Positions 1-37,856 of a DNA stretch of 64,000 nucleotides are shown piece by piece. A program made the translations under genes and the position numbers. Source of the DNA: the human T2T-CHM13v2.0 reference genome, Homo sapiens; assembly GCF_009914755.1 (NCBI RefSeq), contig NC_060936.1; one strand, given 5' to 3'. Under the pieces are notes generated by a model. That model was not told the DNA's origin. It searched no databases and saw nothing but the letters and a program-made list of their open reading frames with translations. Numbering within the stretch: position 1 is the stretch's first letter; each line of letters opens with the position of its first letter.

Positions 1-1
1 C

Positions 2-124
<123 letters not shown>

Positions 125-1711
125 TAGTAGAGATGGGGTTTCACCGTATTGACCAGGCTGGTCTCGAACTCCTGACCTCAGGTAATCCACCCTCCTCGGT
201 CTCCCAAAGTGCTAGGATTACAGGCATGAGCCACAGTGCCCAGCCTTCTTTTTTATTTTTTTAAGACGGGCTTATTCTGCTGCTCAGACTGGGGCTTAGT
301 GGCACCATTTCACCTCACTGTAGCCTCGACTTCCCGGATTCAAGCAATCCTCCTGCCTGAGTCTCTCAAATAGCCCAGACTATAGGTGCACACCACCATG
401 CCAGCTAACTTTTGTGTTTTTAGGAGAGACGGGGTTTCCCCATGTTGGCCTGGCTAGTCTCAAACTCCTGAGCTCAAGCAGTCTACCAGCCTTGGCCTCC
501 CGAAGTGCTGAGATTACAGGCATGAGTCACCAGCCTAGCCCTGTATTATGTTTTCTGAACTTTTTTTTTTTTAATCACCCAGTATTAATCTTCAACCTCT
601 TGGCAGGTAAGAATTTAGAGATCTATTTGGAATAATCTTTAAAGTAACAATAATAACTACAGTCAAAAGCAGTAAGATTAGTGGGCCAGGTGCCGTGGCT
701 CACACCTGTAATCCCAGCACTTCGGGAGACCAAGGCAGGTGGATCACCTGAGGTCAGGAGTTCAAGTTTAGCATGGCCAATATGGCGAAACCCTGTCTCT
801 ACTAAAAATACAGAAATTTGCCAGAGGTCTTGGTTTGCGCCTGTAATCTCAGCTACTTGGAAGGCGGAGGCAGGATAATCACTTGAACCCGGGAGGTTGC
901 AGTGACCCCAGATAATGCCACCCCACTCCAGCCTGGGCGACAGAGCGTCACTGTCTCAAAAATAAACAAAAATAATAGGAGATTAGGCAAAAAGGATAGT
1001 ACAAGGCTCTCTGTTTAACATTTCTTCCTTTCTCTAGAAAATTTTCCTTTCTTTTCCCAAAAGGAGGTGTGTGTTACTTCCAATGCTATATTTTAGTAGC
1101 TTTACCATATTTTAGTTTTTAAAATTCATTATTTTGATTTCTCAGCTTTCATTTTCATTTCAGTTTGTACCTGAAGGAGAGAAGCATGGATTGAATTTGC
1201 CTGGGTTTTCCGAATTTCATAATATAAATTTAAAACTCAGAAGTGGGAGGAATACAGGCCTTGATTAGTGAATTTCAAGCTCAGTTCTCGGGGTGAAGGA
1301 CAAGGTTAATTCTACTCTGAGTAATTCTACCGTTCAGAAAACCTGGTGTGTCTACAGGAAAAAATACAGGCTGTGACTACAAACCTAAAAGTAAAGGCAA
1401 ACAACTGCCAGACAGAGGCAGGAAAGTGGGGGAGAGCCCTTGGTAAATATTGCATGCCTCCTGGGGCCCCCATGGGCTTTGACTCAAGGGGGAGATGAAG
1501 GGAATTTGTTAAAGAAAGAAGTCACTGGGACAGACAAAAGCTTCCGGCACAGGAAGTTAGTTCGACTAAGGATACCGAAATGTAGGAATTTGAATGGGTT
1601 CCTGGGTGTGAGGTTGAAGTGAAACTTGATTGAAAAGAAGCTGCTGGTGGTGAGTCTCTCCTTAAGCTATTCCTGGCTTCTGGGTAGTTGGTGTAAACTC
1701 TGTGGTCCTTG

Positions 1712-1717
1712 AATAAA
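1712..1717 (+). terminator. Plus-strand AATAAA; possibly the distal poly(A) site of the upstream neighbour NANOG (long 3' UTR)
   Basis: AATAAA at the end of a unique stretch (about 970-1740). The assignment rests only on recalled gene order (NANOG on + just before the SLC2A14 3' end); no NANOG coding sequence is in the window. Confidence 0.35.
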
Positions 1718-2962
1718 GTGTGCTTGAGAATTTTAGAAGGTTAAGCATCTGAGAAATTACTTCAATGCAGTGGTAGCACTACCTCTGATGATACTACCAA
1801 GCAAACTATTAAGAAACAGAAAAGCTCACAGATCAAATTAAGATGCTAGAATCGTATTAAATCAATTAAATACATGGAACAAAACAGGCAAAAAGATGGG
1901 ATACATTAATCCATTTAGGATAAGGTGCATGTGGAGTAGAAAGGGTAGCAGTGTTTACATGTCCTCTGATAACACTGGCGTAGTCACAAGAGCTAAGGAC
2001 AAGAACCAAGGGTGAGAATTTGAGATTCAATTAGGGCCAGGGATCTGCAGAACAGATGTACCTGGAACATGGGTGTCAATGTGCTCTTATCAGAGAGACA
2101 AAGGGGCAGTTATTCCTGGCCACGAAAGTAGTTCTTGGCTCATTGAGCAGCTATGAAATCTATTTGCAGGCCAGGCATGGTGTCTCAAGCTTATAATCTT
2201 AACACTTTGGGAGGCCATGGGAGGCCAAGGTGGGTGGATCACCTGAGGACAGGAGTTCAAGACCAGCCTGGCCAACGTGGCGAAACCCCGTCTCCTAAAT
2301 AAAAAGTAGCCGGGCATGATGGCAGGGGCCTATAATCCCGGCTACTCAGGAGGCTGAGGCAGAATTGCTTGAACCTGGGAGGCGGAGGTTGCAGTAAGCC
2401 GAGATCGCACCATTGCACTCCAGCCTGTGAGACAGAGCAAGACCCCGTCTCCAAAAAAAAAAACCAAAAAAACAAAAAAACTGAAATTAAAATGAGTTCC
2501 GTTTGGAGGTAAATACCTTTAAGAGTACTTTAGATTTACATAGCACTGGGCTGGGCACGGTGGCTCACGCCTGTAATCCCAGCACTTTGGGAGGCTGAGG
2601 CTGGTGGATCACAAGCTCAGGGGTTTGAGATCAGCCTGACCAACATGATAAAACCTTGTCTCCACTAAAAATATAAAAATTAGCTGGGCATGGTGGCACA
2701 TGCCTGTAATCTTAACTACTCAGAAGTCTGAGGCAGGAGAATCACTTGAACCCGGTAGGTGGAGGTTGCAGTGAGCCGAGAGCGCCACTGCACTCCCGCC
2801 TGGGCAACAGAGCGAGACTCCATCTCAAAAAAAAAAAAAGATTTACACAGCACTCAACAACATAGGAAAATATTTATAAACTGTATTACACTTGAACCTT
2901 AAGCTATACTCTGAGGTTAACTACCATTTGTGGGTTAAGAAGCTAAAGCTCTGTTTTTCTTT

Positions 2963-3198
<236 letters not shown>

Positions 3199-3383
3199 TA
3201 GCTGGAACTACAGGCACCCACCAGCATGCCCGGCTAATTTTTATATTTTTAGTAGAGACGGTGTTTCACCATGGTGGCCAGGCTGGTCTGGAACTCCTCC
3301 TGACCACAGGTGATCCACGTGCCTCGGCCTCTGAAAGTGTTGGAGTTACAGGCATGAGCCACCCCACCCAGCCACATTATATG

Positions 3384-3480
3384 TTTAAATTTTGATTTAA
3401 ATTTAAAATTTGAATTTTAACTTTTAAACTAAAATTTAAATTAAAAATTAAATTTTAAATTTAAATTAAAAAAATTAAAA
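3384..3480. repeat. AT-rich low-complexity quasi-palindrome
   Basis: Arms 3390-3420 and 3441-3471 are reverse complements at 28/31 positions. Confidence 0.8.
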
Positions 3481-4576
3481 ACCCTGTTACCCAGACTGGA
3501 GTGCAGTGGTGCATTCATGGCTCACTGCAGCCTCAATCTCCTAGGCTCAAATGATCCTTCCGCCTCAACCTCCTCAGTAGCTGGGGCTATAGGTGCACAC
3601 TGCCACACTCAGCCAATTTTTAAAATCTTTTTTGTAGAGACAGGGCTCTTGCTATGTTGCCCAGGCTAGTCTTGAATTCCTGGGCTCAAGTGACCCTCTC
3701 GCCTGGGCCTCTCAAAGTGCTGAGATTACAAGCATGAGCCACTGCATCTGGCCTCGGTAATAATTTTTATAGAAGAAAAAAGCTAAAAGCTTAAGCAACA
3801 TGCCAAAGGTGGTACTGGTTGTATGTGGTAAAATCTGGATTCAAGCCCTTAATTGCTTGACTCCAAAGCCCCAGATGTTGCTCTCTGTTGCATTATGTTA
3901 TATAGCTTTGCAATAACCCCAGAAAGTTACATAGTTTGATGTGGAATGAACTCCCCTCTTCCTTCGAGTCTGATGTCTTATCAGACACCATATGTGAGAA
4001 CTTGGGAGTGAACTCAAGCTTCCCTCAAGAATGTTAACATCAAATTCGATCAGATCCAACCCCAAAGGTGGGTGTTTTGACCTCAACTACTGAACTTCAA
4101 AAATACATATAAACTCAAGAGTTTGACAGACACTTTGAGAGCTTAGGCAGTAGCAGGGTTAAACTTTGTTGATCGTTTCTCAGAAAATCAAGAGTGCATG
4201 CTATAGGCGGGGTGTGGCAGCTCGCACCTGTAATCCCAACACTTTGGGAAGCTGAGACAGGTGGATTGCTTGAGCCCAGGAGTTTGAGACCAGCCTGGGC
4301 AGCATAGTGAGACCCCAGCTCTAGAAAAAATACAAAAAAAAAAAAAAGTAGCCAGTTATGCTCGTGCACACCTGTAGTTCTAGCTACTTTGGAGGCTGAG
4401 GCAGGGTGATCCCTTGAGCCCATGATTTTGAGACTGCAGTGAGCCTGTGTGACAGATGAAGACTCTTGTTTGTTTTTTGTTCTTTTGTTTTTGTTTTCTT
4501 AATGAGTGTGCTCTCTAATATGCTGCACTCTGCACTCAAGCCCTCTTCTAGCTTCTGAGAGCTCAGGCTACAATAG

Positions 4577-4894
<318 letters not shown>

Positions 4895-5693
4895 TGAGCC
4901 ACCATGCCCAGCTTTTTTTTTTTTTTTTTTGAGATGGACTCTTTTTCTGTCTCTCAGGCTGGAGTGTAGTGGCTCACTGCAACCTCTGCCTCCTGGGTTC
5001 AAGCAATTCTACCTCAGCCTCCCGAGTAGCTGGGATTACAGGTATGTGCCACCACACCCAGCTAATTTTTGTATTTTTAGTAGAGATGGGGTCTCAAAAA
5101 AAAAAAGGGAGAAAGGATGGTAGCATAAGACGGTATACTAGAGAAACACTAAAATAGGATAGGCAAAATATGAGCCTTTAAAAGCTTTAAGGAGTAACAT
5201 ACTTAGATTTGCATTTTAGATTGTTCTCCCTGTACTACGGGAAGGTATTGGAAGGGAGCAAGACCAGAGATTAGTCTATTTTAATGATTATGCCTATTTA
5301 TAAGGGCCTAGATTAGGATTCATTGGGAAACAGTGTGTTACATATGACAGAAGTAAGGAGATGATCAAAGAATGATTTCATAGCCGGATGTGGTGGCTCA
5401 TGTCTGTAATCCTAGAACTTTGGGAGGTCAAGGTGGGTGGATCACTTGAGGTCAGGGAGTCCAGGACCAACCTGGCCTATGTGGTGAAACCCCTTCTCTA
5501 CTAAAAACACAAAAAAATTAGCTGGGCATGGTGGCGGGCGCCTGTAATCCCAGCTGGCTTCAAGCAATCCACCTGCCTTGGCCTCCCAAAGTTTTGAGAT
5601 TACAGACATAAGCCACTGTTCCTGGCTCAAGTATACCACCCTAATCAAAATTATTTTTGGAGTTTTTTTTTCCTTCTTCAACAGTTATGTTAG

Positions 5694-5843
<150 letters not shown>

Positions 5844-5950
5844 TGAGTAGCTGGAATTATAGGCATGCACCACCACACCTGGCTAATTTTTTGTATTTTT
5901 AGTAGAGACGGGGTTTCACCATGTTAGCCAGGATGGTCTCAATCTCCTGA

Positions 5951-6265
<315 letters not shown>

Positions 6266-8468
6266 TAGTTACTTTTAGCAAGGAATAATATTTAGAGATC
6301 AGAACTGATCGCTGGTATTGCTATAATTAAGGGTAGTTGCAGATATTGACTTTATGTGCAGACAATTGAAAATCCAGAAAAATCTCAGAAGTCTTTCTGT
6401 GACTTCTCCTCACATATTATCCAAAATTGACATAAGCCCATGATTAAACTAACAATTTGGCAAAGCGAATGAGATCATTACAATTTGCCTCCCACCGCTG
6501 GGTATAGTGGCATACATCTGTTATCCCAGTATTTTGGGGGCCGAGGCTGAAGGAACACTTGAGGCCAGGAGTTTGACACCAGCCTGGTCAACATAGTAAA
6601 ACTCCATGTCTACAGAAAAATTTAAAAACTTAGCCAGGTGTGATGGTGCGTGCCTTTGGTCCTAGCCAGTCAGGAGGCTGAAGCTAGAGGATTGCCTGAG
6701 CTCAGGAGTTTGAGGCTGCAATGAGCTATGACCGCACCACTGCACTCCAGCCTGGGTGACAGAGGGAGACCCTGTCTCTAAAAAAATAGTAATAAAATAA
6801 AATAAAAAGATTTACCTCCTAACTAAAAGACATGGCCTTCAGAAGAAGTTAAGATAATTGTATGTGAATGGAAAACGAATAGTTTCTGCTACAGCAACCA
6901 GTGTATATCTGCTCTAGTACAGCTACAACTAAATCAATTTTACAAGGTAGAGAGTCCAGGAAGACTACCAAATATATATAGAAACTGCATATTTGATTAA
7001 GAATTCTAGTTTAGATCACTATATTATTAGTTAGAAAAACAGGCCGGGAGCAGTGGCTCACGCCTGTAATCCCAGCACTTTGGGAGGCTAAGCTGGGCAG
7101 ATCGCGAGGTCAGGAGTTCAAGACCAGCCTGGCCAACATGGCGAAACCCTGTCTCTATTAAAAATACAAAAAGTAGCCGGGCGTGGTGGTGGGCACCTGT
7201 AATCCCAGCTACTTGGGAGGCTGAGGCAGGAGAATCGCTTCAATCCAGGAGGTGGAGGTTGTAGTGAGCAGAAACCAAGCCACTACACTCACTCCAGCCT
7301 AGATGACAAGAGCAAGGTTCTGTCTCAAAAAAAAAAAAAAAAAAAAGAAAAACAAGGCACAAAACCATATGAATGATTTATTCTATTTGAATTAAAAAAT
7401 ATAAGCCACATAGATACAAACATTTTCTGGGAGGATAAAAACATACGCCCAAAATTTACATTTCAGATGAATAGATAAATAATAAATTATTTAGGAAATA
7501 AAAGTAACAATTCTCAGTTTGGGGGAAAGTTGATAGAGTCCTGCTTCATTCTAGGTTACATGAAAGCTGGGTGCCATGGCTCACACCTGTAGTCCCAGCA
7601 ATTTGAGAGGCTGAGGTGGGAAGATCACTTGAGCCCGGGAGATCTAGACAAGGCTGGGCAACATAGCAAATTCCCATCTCTACAAAAAATAAAACAAATT
7701 AGCTGGACACAGTGGTGCTTGCCTGTAGTCCCAGCTGCTTGGGAAGCTGAGGAGGGAGAATCAATTGAGCCTGATGGTTGAGGCTGCAGCGAGCTGTGAT
7801 TGTGCCACTGCACTCCAGCCTGAGCGACAGAGAAAGACGCTGTCTCAAAAAACAAACAATCAAAAAACAATAGGCCGTGAGAGGTTGCTCACACCTGTAG
7901 TCCCAGCATTTTGGGAGGCCTAGGCGGGTGGATCACTTGAGGCCAGAAGTTCAAGACCAGCCTGGCCAACATGGCAAAATCCAATCTCTACAAAAAAATA
8001 CAAACATTAGCCGGGCGTGGTGGTGCATGCCTGTGGTCTCAGCTATTCGGGAAGCTGAGTCAGAAGAATCACTTGATTGAACCCAGGAGGCAGAGGCTGC
8101 AATCAGCCTAGATCATGCCACTGCATTCCAGCCAGGGAGATAGGTGTGAAACTCTGTTTCAAAAAAAAGAAAAAAGAAAAGAAAATACACACATTAAAAT
8201 CTCAGCTCCACCATTATGACCTTGGGCAAATTATTTTGCAGGCTTTTAGGTCTTCCCTTTTGTGTAAATAGAAATAATACTTGAAGTGATTTCTGTCATC
8301 TAATATGTATTTTGTCTAGCTCATAGAACATATACAATTAATGTCAGTTACCTGCATGGCAATGTAAAATGTGATCATCCTTTGATACACCCCCTAGGAC
8401 TGTATGCCAAGGCATTAATCAAACAACCACATAAAGATACTCATTACAGCACTGTTGGTAATAGCTAA

Positions 8469-8758
<290 letters not shown>

Positions 8759-8946
8759 TAGGTGTGAGCCACTGCGCCCGGCCAAAAATATTTTTTTAAA
8801 TCTAAATGTATATCAATAGGACTTTCCTTAAATGTGTTATGATATATTGGAGTACTTATGTAGCCATAAAAAACAAAAAAGATGGCCAAGTGCAGTGGTT
8901 CATGCCTGTCATCCCAGCACTTTGGGAGTCTGAGTCTGGTGGATCA

Positions 8947-9291
<345 letters not shown>

Positions 9292-10072
9292 TTAAGTGTG
9301 GAAAGATAGATACAGATATAGAAATAAAAGTAATAGTTATCTCTAGGAAATAAAATTAGGAGGCATTTTTTGCTTTTCCTCTATTTTTAGAACATATCTG
9401 ACAAAAATAATAGATAAATCTATTTGGAAAGCATAAGAGTAGCCTCTATGGAACTAAATAATTGCTAGTAAAAGTAACATTTCCGTGAACATTTTTGAAA
9501 TATGAAAATAACTCAAGTACTTGTACTGATACCTTTAGGACATGCTAGAATACTGGAACTCTTGCTTTTGAAACACAGATTAGACTGTCCCTCTTTGGGC
9601 AAAGCCATTAAGTCAATGTTAAGCTCACTGAGAGAGTCACACCCCCCTCTAGTGGTCTACCGTGGCACTGGGCTCACCAATCTCCCAACTGTTTTACAAT
9701 GATAGGGAACTTTCCTTAACCATCACATGTTCAGGGACAAGGGAATGGATGCCCAGACATATTCTTCAATTACATGTGGTTCAAGATAGAAATCAATTGA
9801 GAATGATGGATCAGATATACTCAGATGTACTTGATGAAGTAGAAGTTCCTCTAAATGGAATAAACTGGAGGCCCTAGGGAAAAAAAAATGGATTGAAAAC
9901 CTTAGCAGAATAAGTGACACTGCTTTTACAAGTGATTCATAGTGGTTATAAACTAAGCCAGCAGGCAGACATGGAAATGTTCTTGGAAGAGTGTGTTTAG
10001 ATATTGTAATGAAGATACAAATTTGCTGAGGACATTGGAAAAAAGAAATCTGTTGCTGTGGAGTTTAACTAA

Positions 10073-14988
<4,916 letters not shown>

Positions 14989-15109
14989 TAAGAACAGAGT
15001 CTCATACGAGTCTCAAGGTCACAACAGGTACTGAGTAGCCAACTCAGGATTTAAAGCTGATTTTGTTGTTACAGGAACGGCAAAAAATAAATAAATAATG
15101 TGCTTGTGA

Positions 15110-16912
15110 TGTCATGTACATTCAGAATTTTTATTTTAAAACAAAGAATCAAACAAACAATAATGGAAAATCCATATGGAAATATTCACAATCTTCTCAG
15201 TGAGAAATAGGAAAACAACTTCCCTGCCTTACTGCCAAACTGAGGAGCCAGAAGTTGACGTGAAGTTGGAAGGCCACCTTTCCAGCTAAACCCCACTCCA
15301 TAGCTACGTGCATTTTTATTCAAAGGCTCCAGGAGCAGAGGGAACAGTGAGAACTGAGAACCAAAATACTGTCACTGGCAAGGGTTTGGCTAAAGGGTCT
15401 GAGATGTGTAAGCACCAAGAAGGGAAAGGGAGACTGAGCAACATATGAAAAAGGGGCTGTAGGAACAAACACAGAGAAAATAAGTCAACAATAACATACT
15501 TCCACCCAGAGCAAAGTGACAGTGCACATACATTCATCCTCTCAAGTGTGGGCTGCACTGCACATTGACTCATACTGTCTAAACCTGGTTTATTGGAAAG
15601 ATTCAAGTCCCCTGAGGGCATTCGGCATAGGACCACAGTGACATGGTAACAGACATACGCAAGCGTGCCGTGAGCCTAAAGCAACAACACACTTTAGATA
15701 ATAATCGCTCAGAAAAAAATCCTCTCCCAGAGCTGAGGTTACAAATTCCAAGTTTGCTATAAACATTCTTTGGGGAATTCCTTTAAAGGTATGAGTTAAA
15801 ATAAAACAGAAAATCAACACCTAAAATCTCCTAAAGAACAAAGTGGAGAAATAATGAATCTCTACCAAGAACCAATTATTTTAGGTTTCTCATTTGGATG
15901 GCTCTCCCACTAGATAGGTGGCGGGATTACTTCAAAAGTAATGAGACTACTACAAGGAGTTATTTCGTCCAGTGAGGGGAACAGGCTTTCTAGAAATCAC
16001 TTTCTCTTCCCTGGACTCCATCCAAAATTAGAACCCATCAACCGCCATTAACTACAATGCCCATATTAGTTAATAATCCTAGATTTCAAGTACTACTACA
16101 TGTAAACTATTATCTTAAAGATAAAGTTCCAAAGGAAATGAGTAGCTTTATTAAATAGGCATACAACTTTTCTGAGAAATCAAAGAGTTTTCATCTGAAG
16201 GACAGAAATTGTTAAGAGGTAATGTACAGACCTCAGGCACCACATCATTTACCCTCCAATAATGAACAACATTTCTCCCTGAATTCTTATTGCACCTTAA
16301 CCTCTCCAGCATCAAATCTTTTACTCTATAACCTCTCTTTAAACACCTCCCTCTAATCTCAATTTCCTTCTGTTGTTATTATTTGGCAAAATTACACTTA
16401 AAAAATAAATATTTATGTAATTAAACCAGAGGATAAGATAAATAAAACTCAAGTTAATTTGCCGCGTAGAGCTGTATGGAAGTGAGGAAGGTGCTCTTAC
16501 ATAAACCCCCTCTGCCTTCCACACTCACATGTATCTGCTTCCTGGTAAGTCTGAGGTTGGGGCAACTGCACCTTACTTTTCCTCTCCTATATCCCCTAGT
16601 GCGGCAATATCAGAACCCAAGGGAGGAAAAGCTGGCAAAGTTGTCATGTGCCAAGCGGCCAATCCCTCCTGAAATGAAGGTAGGTTCACTCGGTCTCTCC
16701 TAAGCAGAAGAGGATGTCCAGGAAATAAAATTTAAAAAGCCATTGAAGATCCAACAAACTGCAGCCTTGGGGTGCTCATGGAGTGCGTGGGATGAGAAAG
16801 AAATCAAGTAGCAGCATTCAGAAGCGTCCTGGGTTCATCCTGATAAAGTCTCTCCCTTGTTGAGGGAGAGGTGGCTTTCCCATGCCGGGAGGGAGGTGGA
16901 AGGAGGCACGAC
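15110..16912 (-). other. SLC2A14: SLC2A14 3' UTR (about 1.8 kb; exact end inferred)
   Basis: Continuous Alu-free sequence after the stop, ending at AATAAA 15135-15130 with a T-rich downstream element at about 15098-15082. Confidence 0.75.
15130..15135 (-). terminator. Distal polyadenylation signal AATAAA of SLC2A14
   Basis: tttatt on the + strand, followed on the minus strand by a U-rich downstream tract. Confidence 0.75.
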
Positions 16913-35083
<18,171 letters not shown>

Positions 35084-37547
35084 CTGGAGAGACAGAGGAC
35101 AGGGAGGAGAGAATAGTCCTTAAAACTTGTAATTGATGACTGTTTCTTATTAATTATGGAGCTGTATTAGGAGAATCTGACCTATGAGTGGTATGAAAAG
35201 GACAAACATCAAACGAGATTTAGGTAATTAATCGGGAAGACAAAGTAATAGATTATACTAAAGAACTTATCTGGAGATAAGAATGTGAAGTTAACTTGGT
35301 AAAAGTGGAAAAGAAAATTGGAGAAGGAAGAAGTTAAGAGAAACTGGGTTGGTCAGTTTGGAAATATTTAAAAACCTGCATCAGGTGAAGGTAGGCATAG
35401 AATTCCACTCACGAACTGGGAGGGCAGAGGACAACACAGCCTTGGGTAGGATTACTAAGAATTGATCATTTTGGAAACAAATACAGTGCAGTCTGATCTG
35501 TACCCCAGACTCCACGGAAGCCCAGTGGTGGTGGTAGGGGGAGGTGGTAGTAGTTTGTGTCTTCACTGCTGGGTGGCTCTTTGAGTCTCTTATCTCTCAG
35601 GACCATGTAACCTACTGGATCTACTCACTGCATCCTGGCCCCATTTCAGTCTTCTGGTTTATTAAATACTGTTCTGCTATCCCTAACCTAACCCCCGGGT
35701 GGGGGAAGAAAGAACACTCGGCTCACTACAAACCTAACAAATAAGACATTTCTGGCCGGGCACGGTGGCTCATGCCTGTCATCCCAGCACTTTGGGAGGC
35801 CAAGGCAGGTGGGCCAAGGCAGGTGGATCACCTGAGATCAGGAGTTCGAGACCAGCCTGGCCAACATGGTGAAACCCCATCTCTACTAAAAATACAAAAA
35901 TTAGCCGGGCATGGTGGGGTGTGCCTGTAATCCCAGCTACTAGGAGGGGCTGAAGCAGGAGGATCGCTTGACCCTGAGAGGCGGAGGTTGCAGTGAGCCG
36001 AGACCGTGCCACTGCACTCCAACCTGGGCAACAGAGCAAGACTCTGTCTCAAAAAAAAAAAAAAAGAGAGAGAGAGAGACATTTCTTAGTGGGGAGAACC
36101 AGTCGTCTTCACCTTGCCTGGAATAATTCAGCTGGGCAAGTGGATATTATTTTAGATTTCCACCTTGGGGCAGCTCAATTTCTATACCTGAAGCCATCTT
36201 CTATGTCCTTTCCCGCACCCCCACCAATCCCTTCAACATTTCCTATCTTAAATTCCTTTCCTTTCAGGTCAGACAGGGTAGACCACAGGCTGAAAGCTTC
36301 AGTAGAACTGACCTTGCCTGCGGCCCTCAGATGTCTCAGTCACAACTAAGCATCGATACCCTGGAGGGCCCTGCCAGTACAATGCTCTCTGTTAAATCTT
36401 TTTCTTTTTAGTAAAAGTCCTTTCTTTCTCCTCTCATCATTCACTATCTTTGAGAGCCTTTTTTTTTTCATTAGTCTCATAACTTTCCATCCCTTCTCTT
36501 ATTTTCCTTCATTTTCTTTCTTTTTTGTAGAGATGGGATCTCACTGTATTGCCCAAGGCTGGTCTCAAACTCCCAGCCTCAAGTGATCCTCATGCCTTAG
36601 CTCCCAAATGCTGGGATTATTTTTAAAGGTTACAATTGGAATTAAACTGAGTCTTGAGAATCTAAAAAATGTGTTGACCTGGGCACAGTGGCTCACATCT
36701 ATAATCCCAGCCCTTTGGGAGGTCGAGGCAGAAGGATCACTTGAGCCTAGCAGTTTGAGAGACCAGCCTGGACAACACAGTGAGACCCCTTCTCTCTCTC
36801 TTTTTTTTTTTTTTTGAGACCCCTTCTCTATCAAAAAAAAAAAAAATTAGCTGGGTATGGTAATGGCAGGTGCCTATAGACCCAGCTACTTGGGAGGCTG
36901 GGGTGGGAGGATCACTTGAGCCCAGGAGATAGAAGCTGCAGTGAGCTATGCAGCCTGGGCAACAGAGTGAGACCCTGCCTCAAAAAAGAAAAAAAAAGTG
37001 TGTTGAGCATATTGAGACAAGTGTTCCTTGGGCAAATGGCACCTAGGAGGAACCTGATGCTCAAAAACCAGTTCTGCACTGGGCTGGCCCCCAAAGCAAC
37101 AGAGATGTCCAAGCTTAGATAGTCCTTCACCCTGGCCACTAGAGAAGAGTTGCTCAATATAACTGTTTGTTGATGTGCTTCGAGAGACTGGTTGGTTGAG
37201 CTGGGTCTTCAGTGTACTTTGGGAGGAGCCTGGCTCAGTCACAGTCACAGCTCTGGTGATGAGGCATGAGGGATTAAGTATGTCAGGATGGGCCAGTGAG
37301 GCTAGCTGCCCTCAGACACCTATGCTGTGTCATTTGATTCCTTTTGAAATCTTTCTGTATCTCTATTAAAAAAAAAAAAAAAGAGGAAATGTGAGGTGCG
37401 ATGGGTAAATTTCAAAACAGAGTAAGTTAGTGAGAATGTTATAAAATTTACACCTACAGCCTGACCAGTATGGTGAAAGCCCGTCTCTACTAAAAATACA
37501 AAAATTAGCCAGCCGTGATGGCGTGCGCCTGTAGTCCCAGCTACTCA

Positions 37548-37670
<123 letters not shown>

Positions 37671-37758
37671 TTACACCTAATACTTTAATGTAGGTCTGCC
37701 TAGAAAAAAAGGAATGAATAGAATAATTGTCTGAGGTCGCTTAGTTCCAGATGCAGTT

Positions 37759-37856
37759 ATCTGCAGAATGTAAATTTCAATTCTAGAATCTAAATCTGCA
37801 GAATGTAAATCTCAATCCTAGAATCTAAATCTGCAGAATGTAAATCTCAATCCTAG
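37759..37856. repeat. 35-bp tandem repeat, about 2.8 copies
   Basis: atctgcagaatgtaaatctcaatcctagaatctaa at 37759, 37794, 37829. Confidence 0.9.

Noticed and set aside
37759-37856. CRISPR-like array
   Set aside because: Eukaryotic DNA; a head-to-tail tandem repeat without unique spacers.
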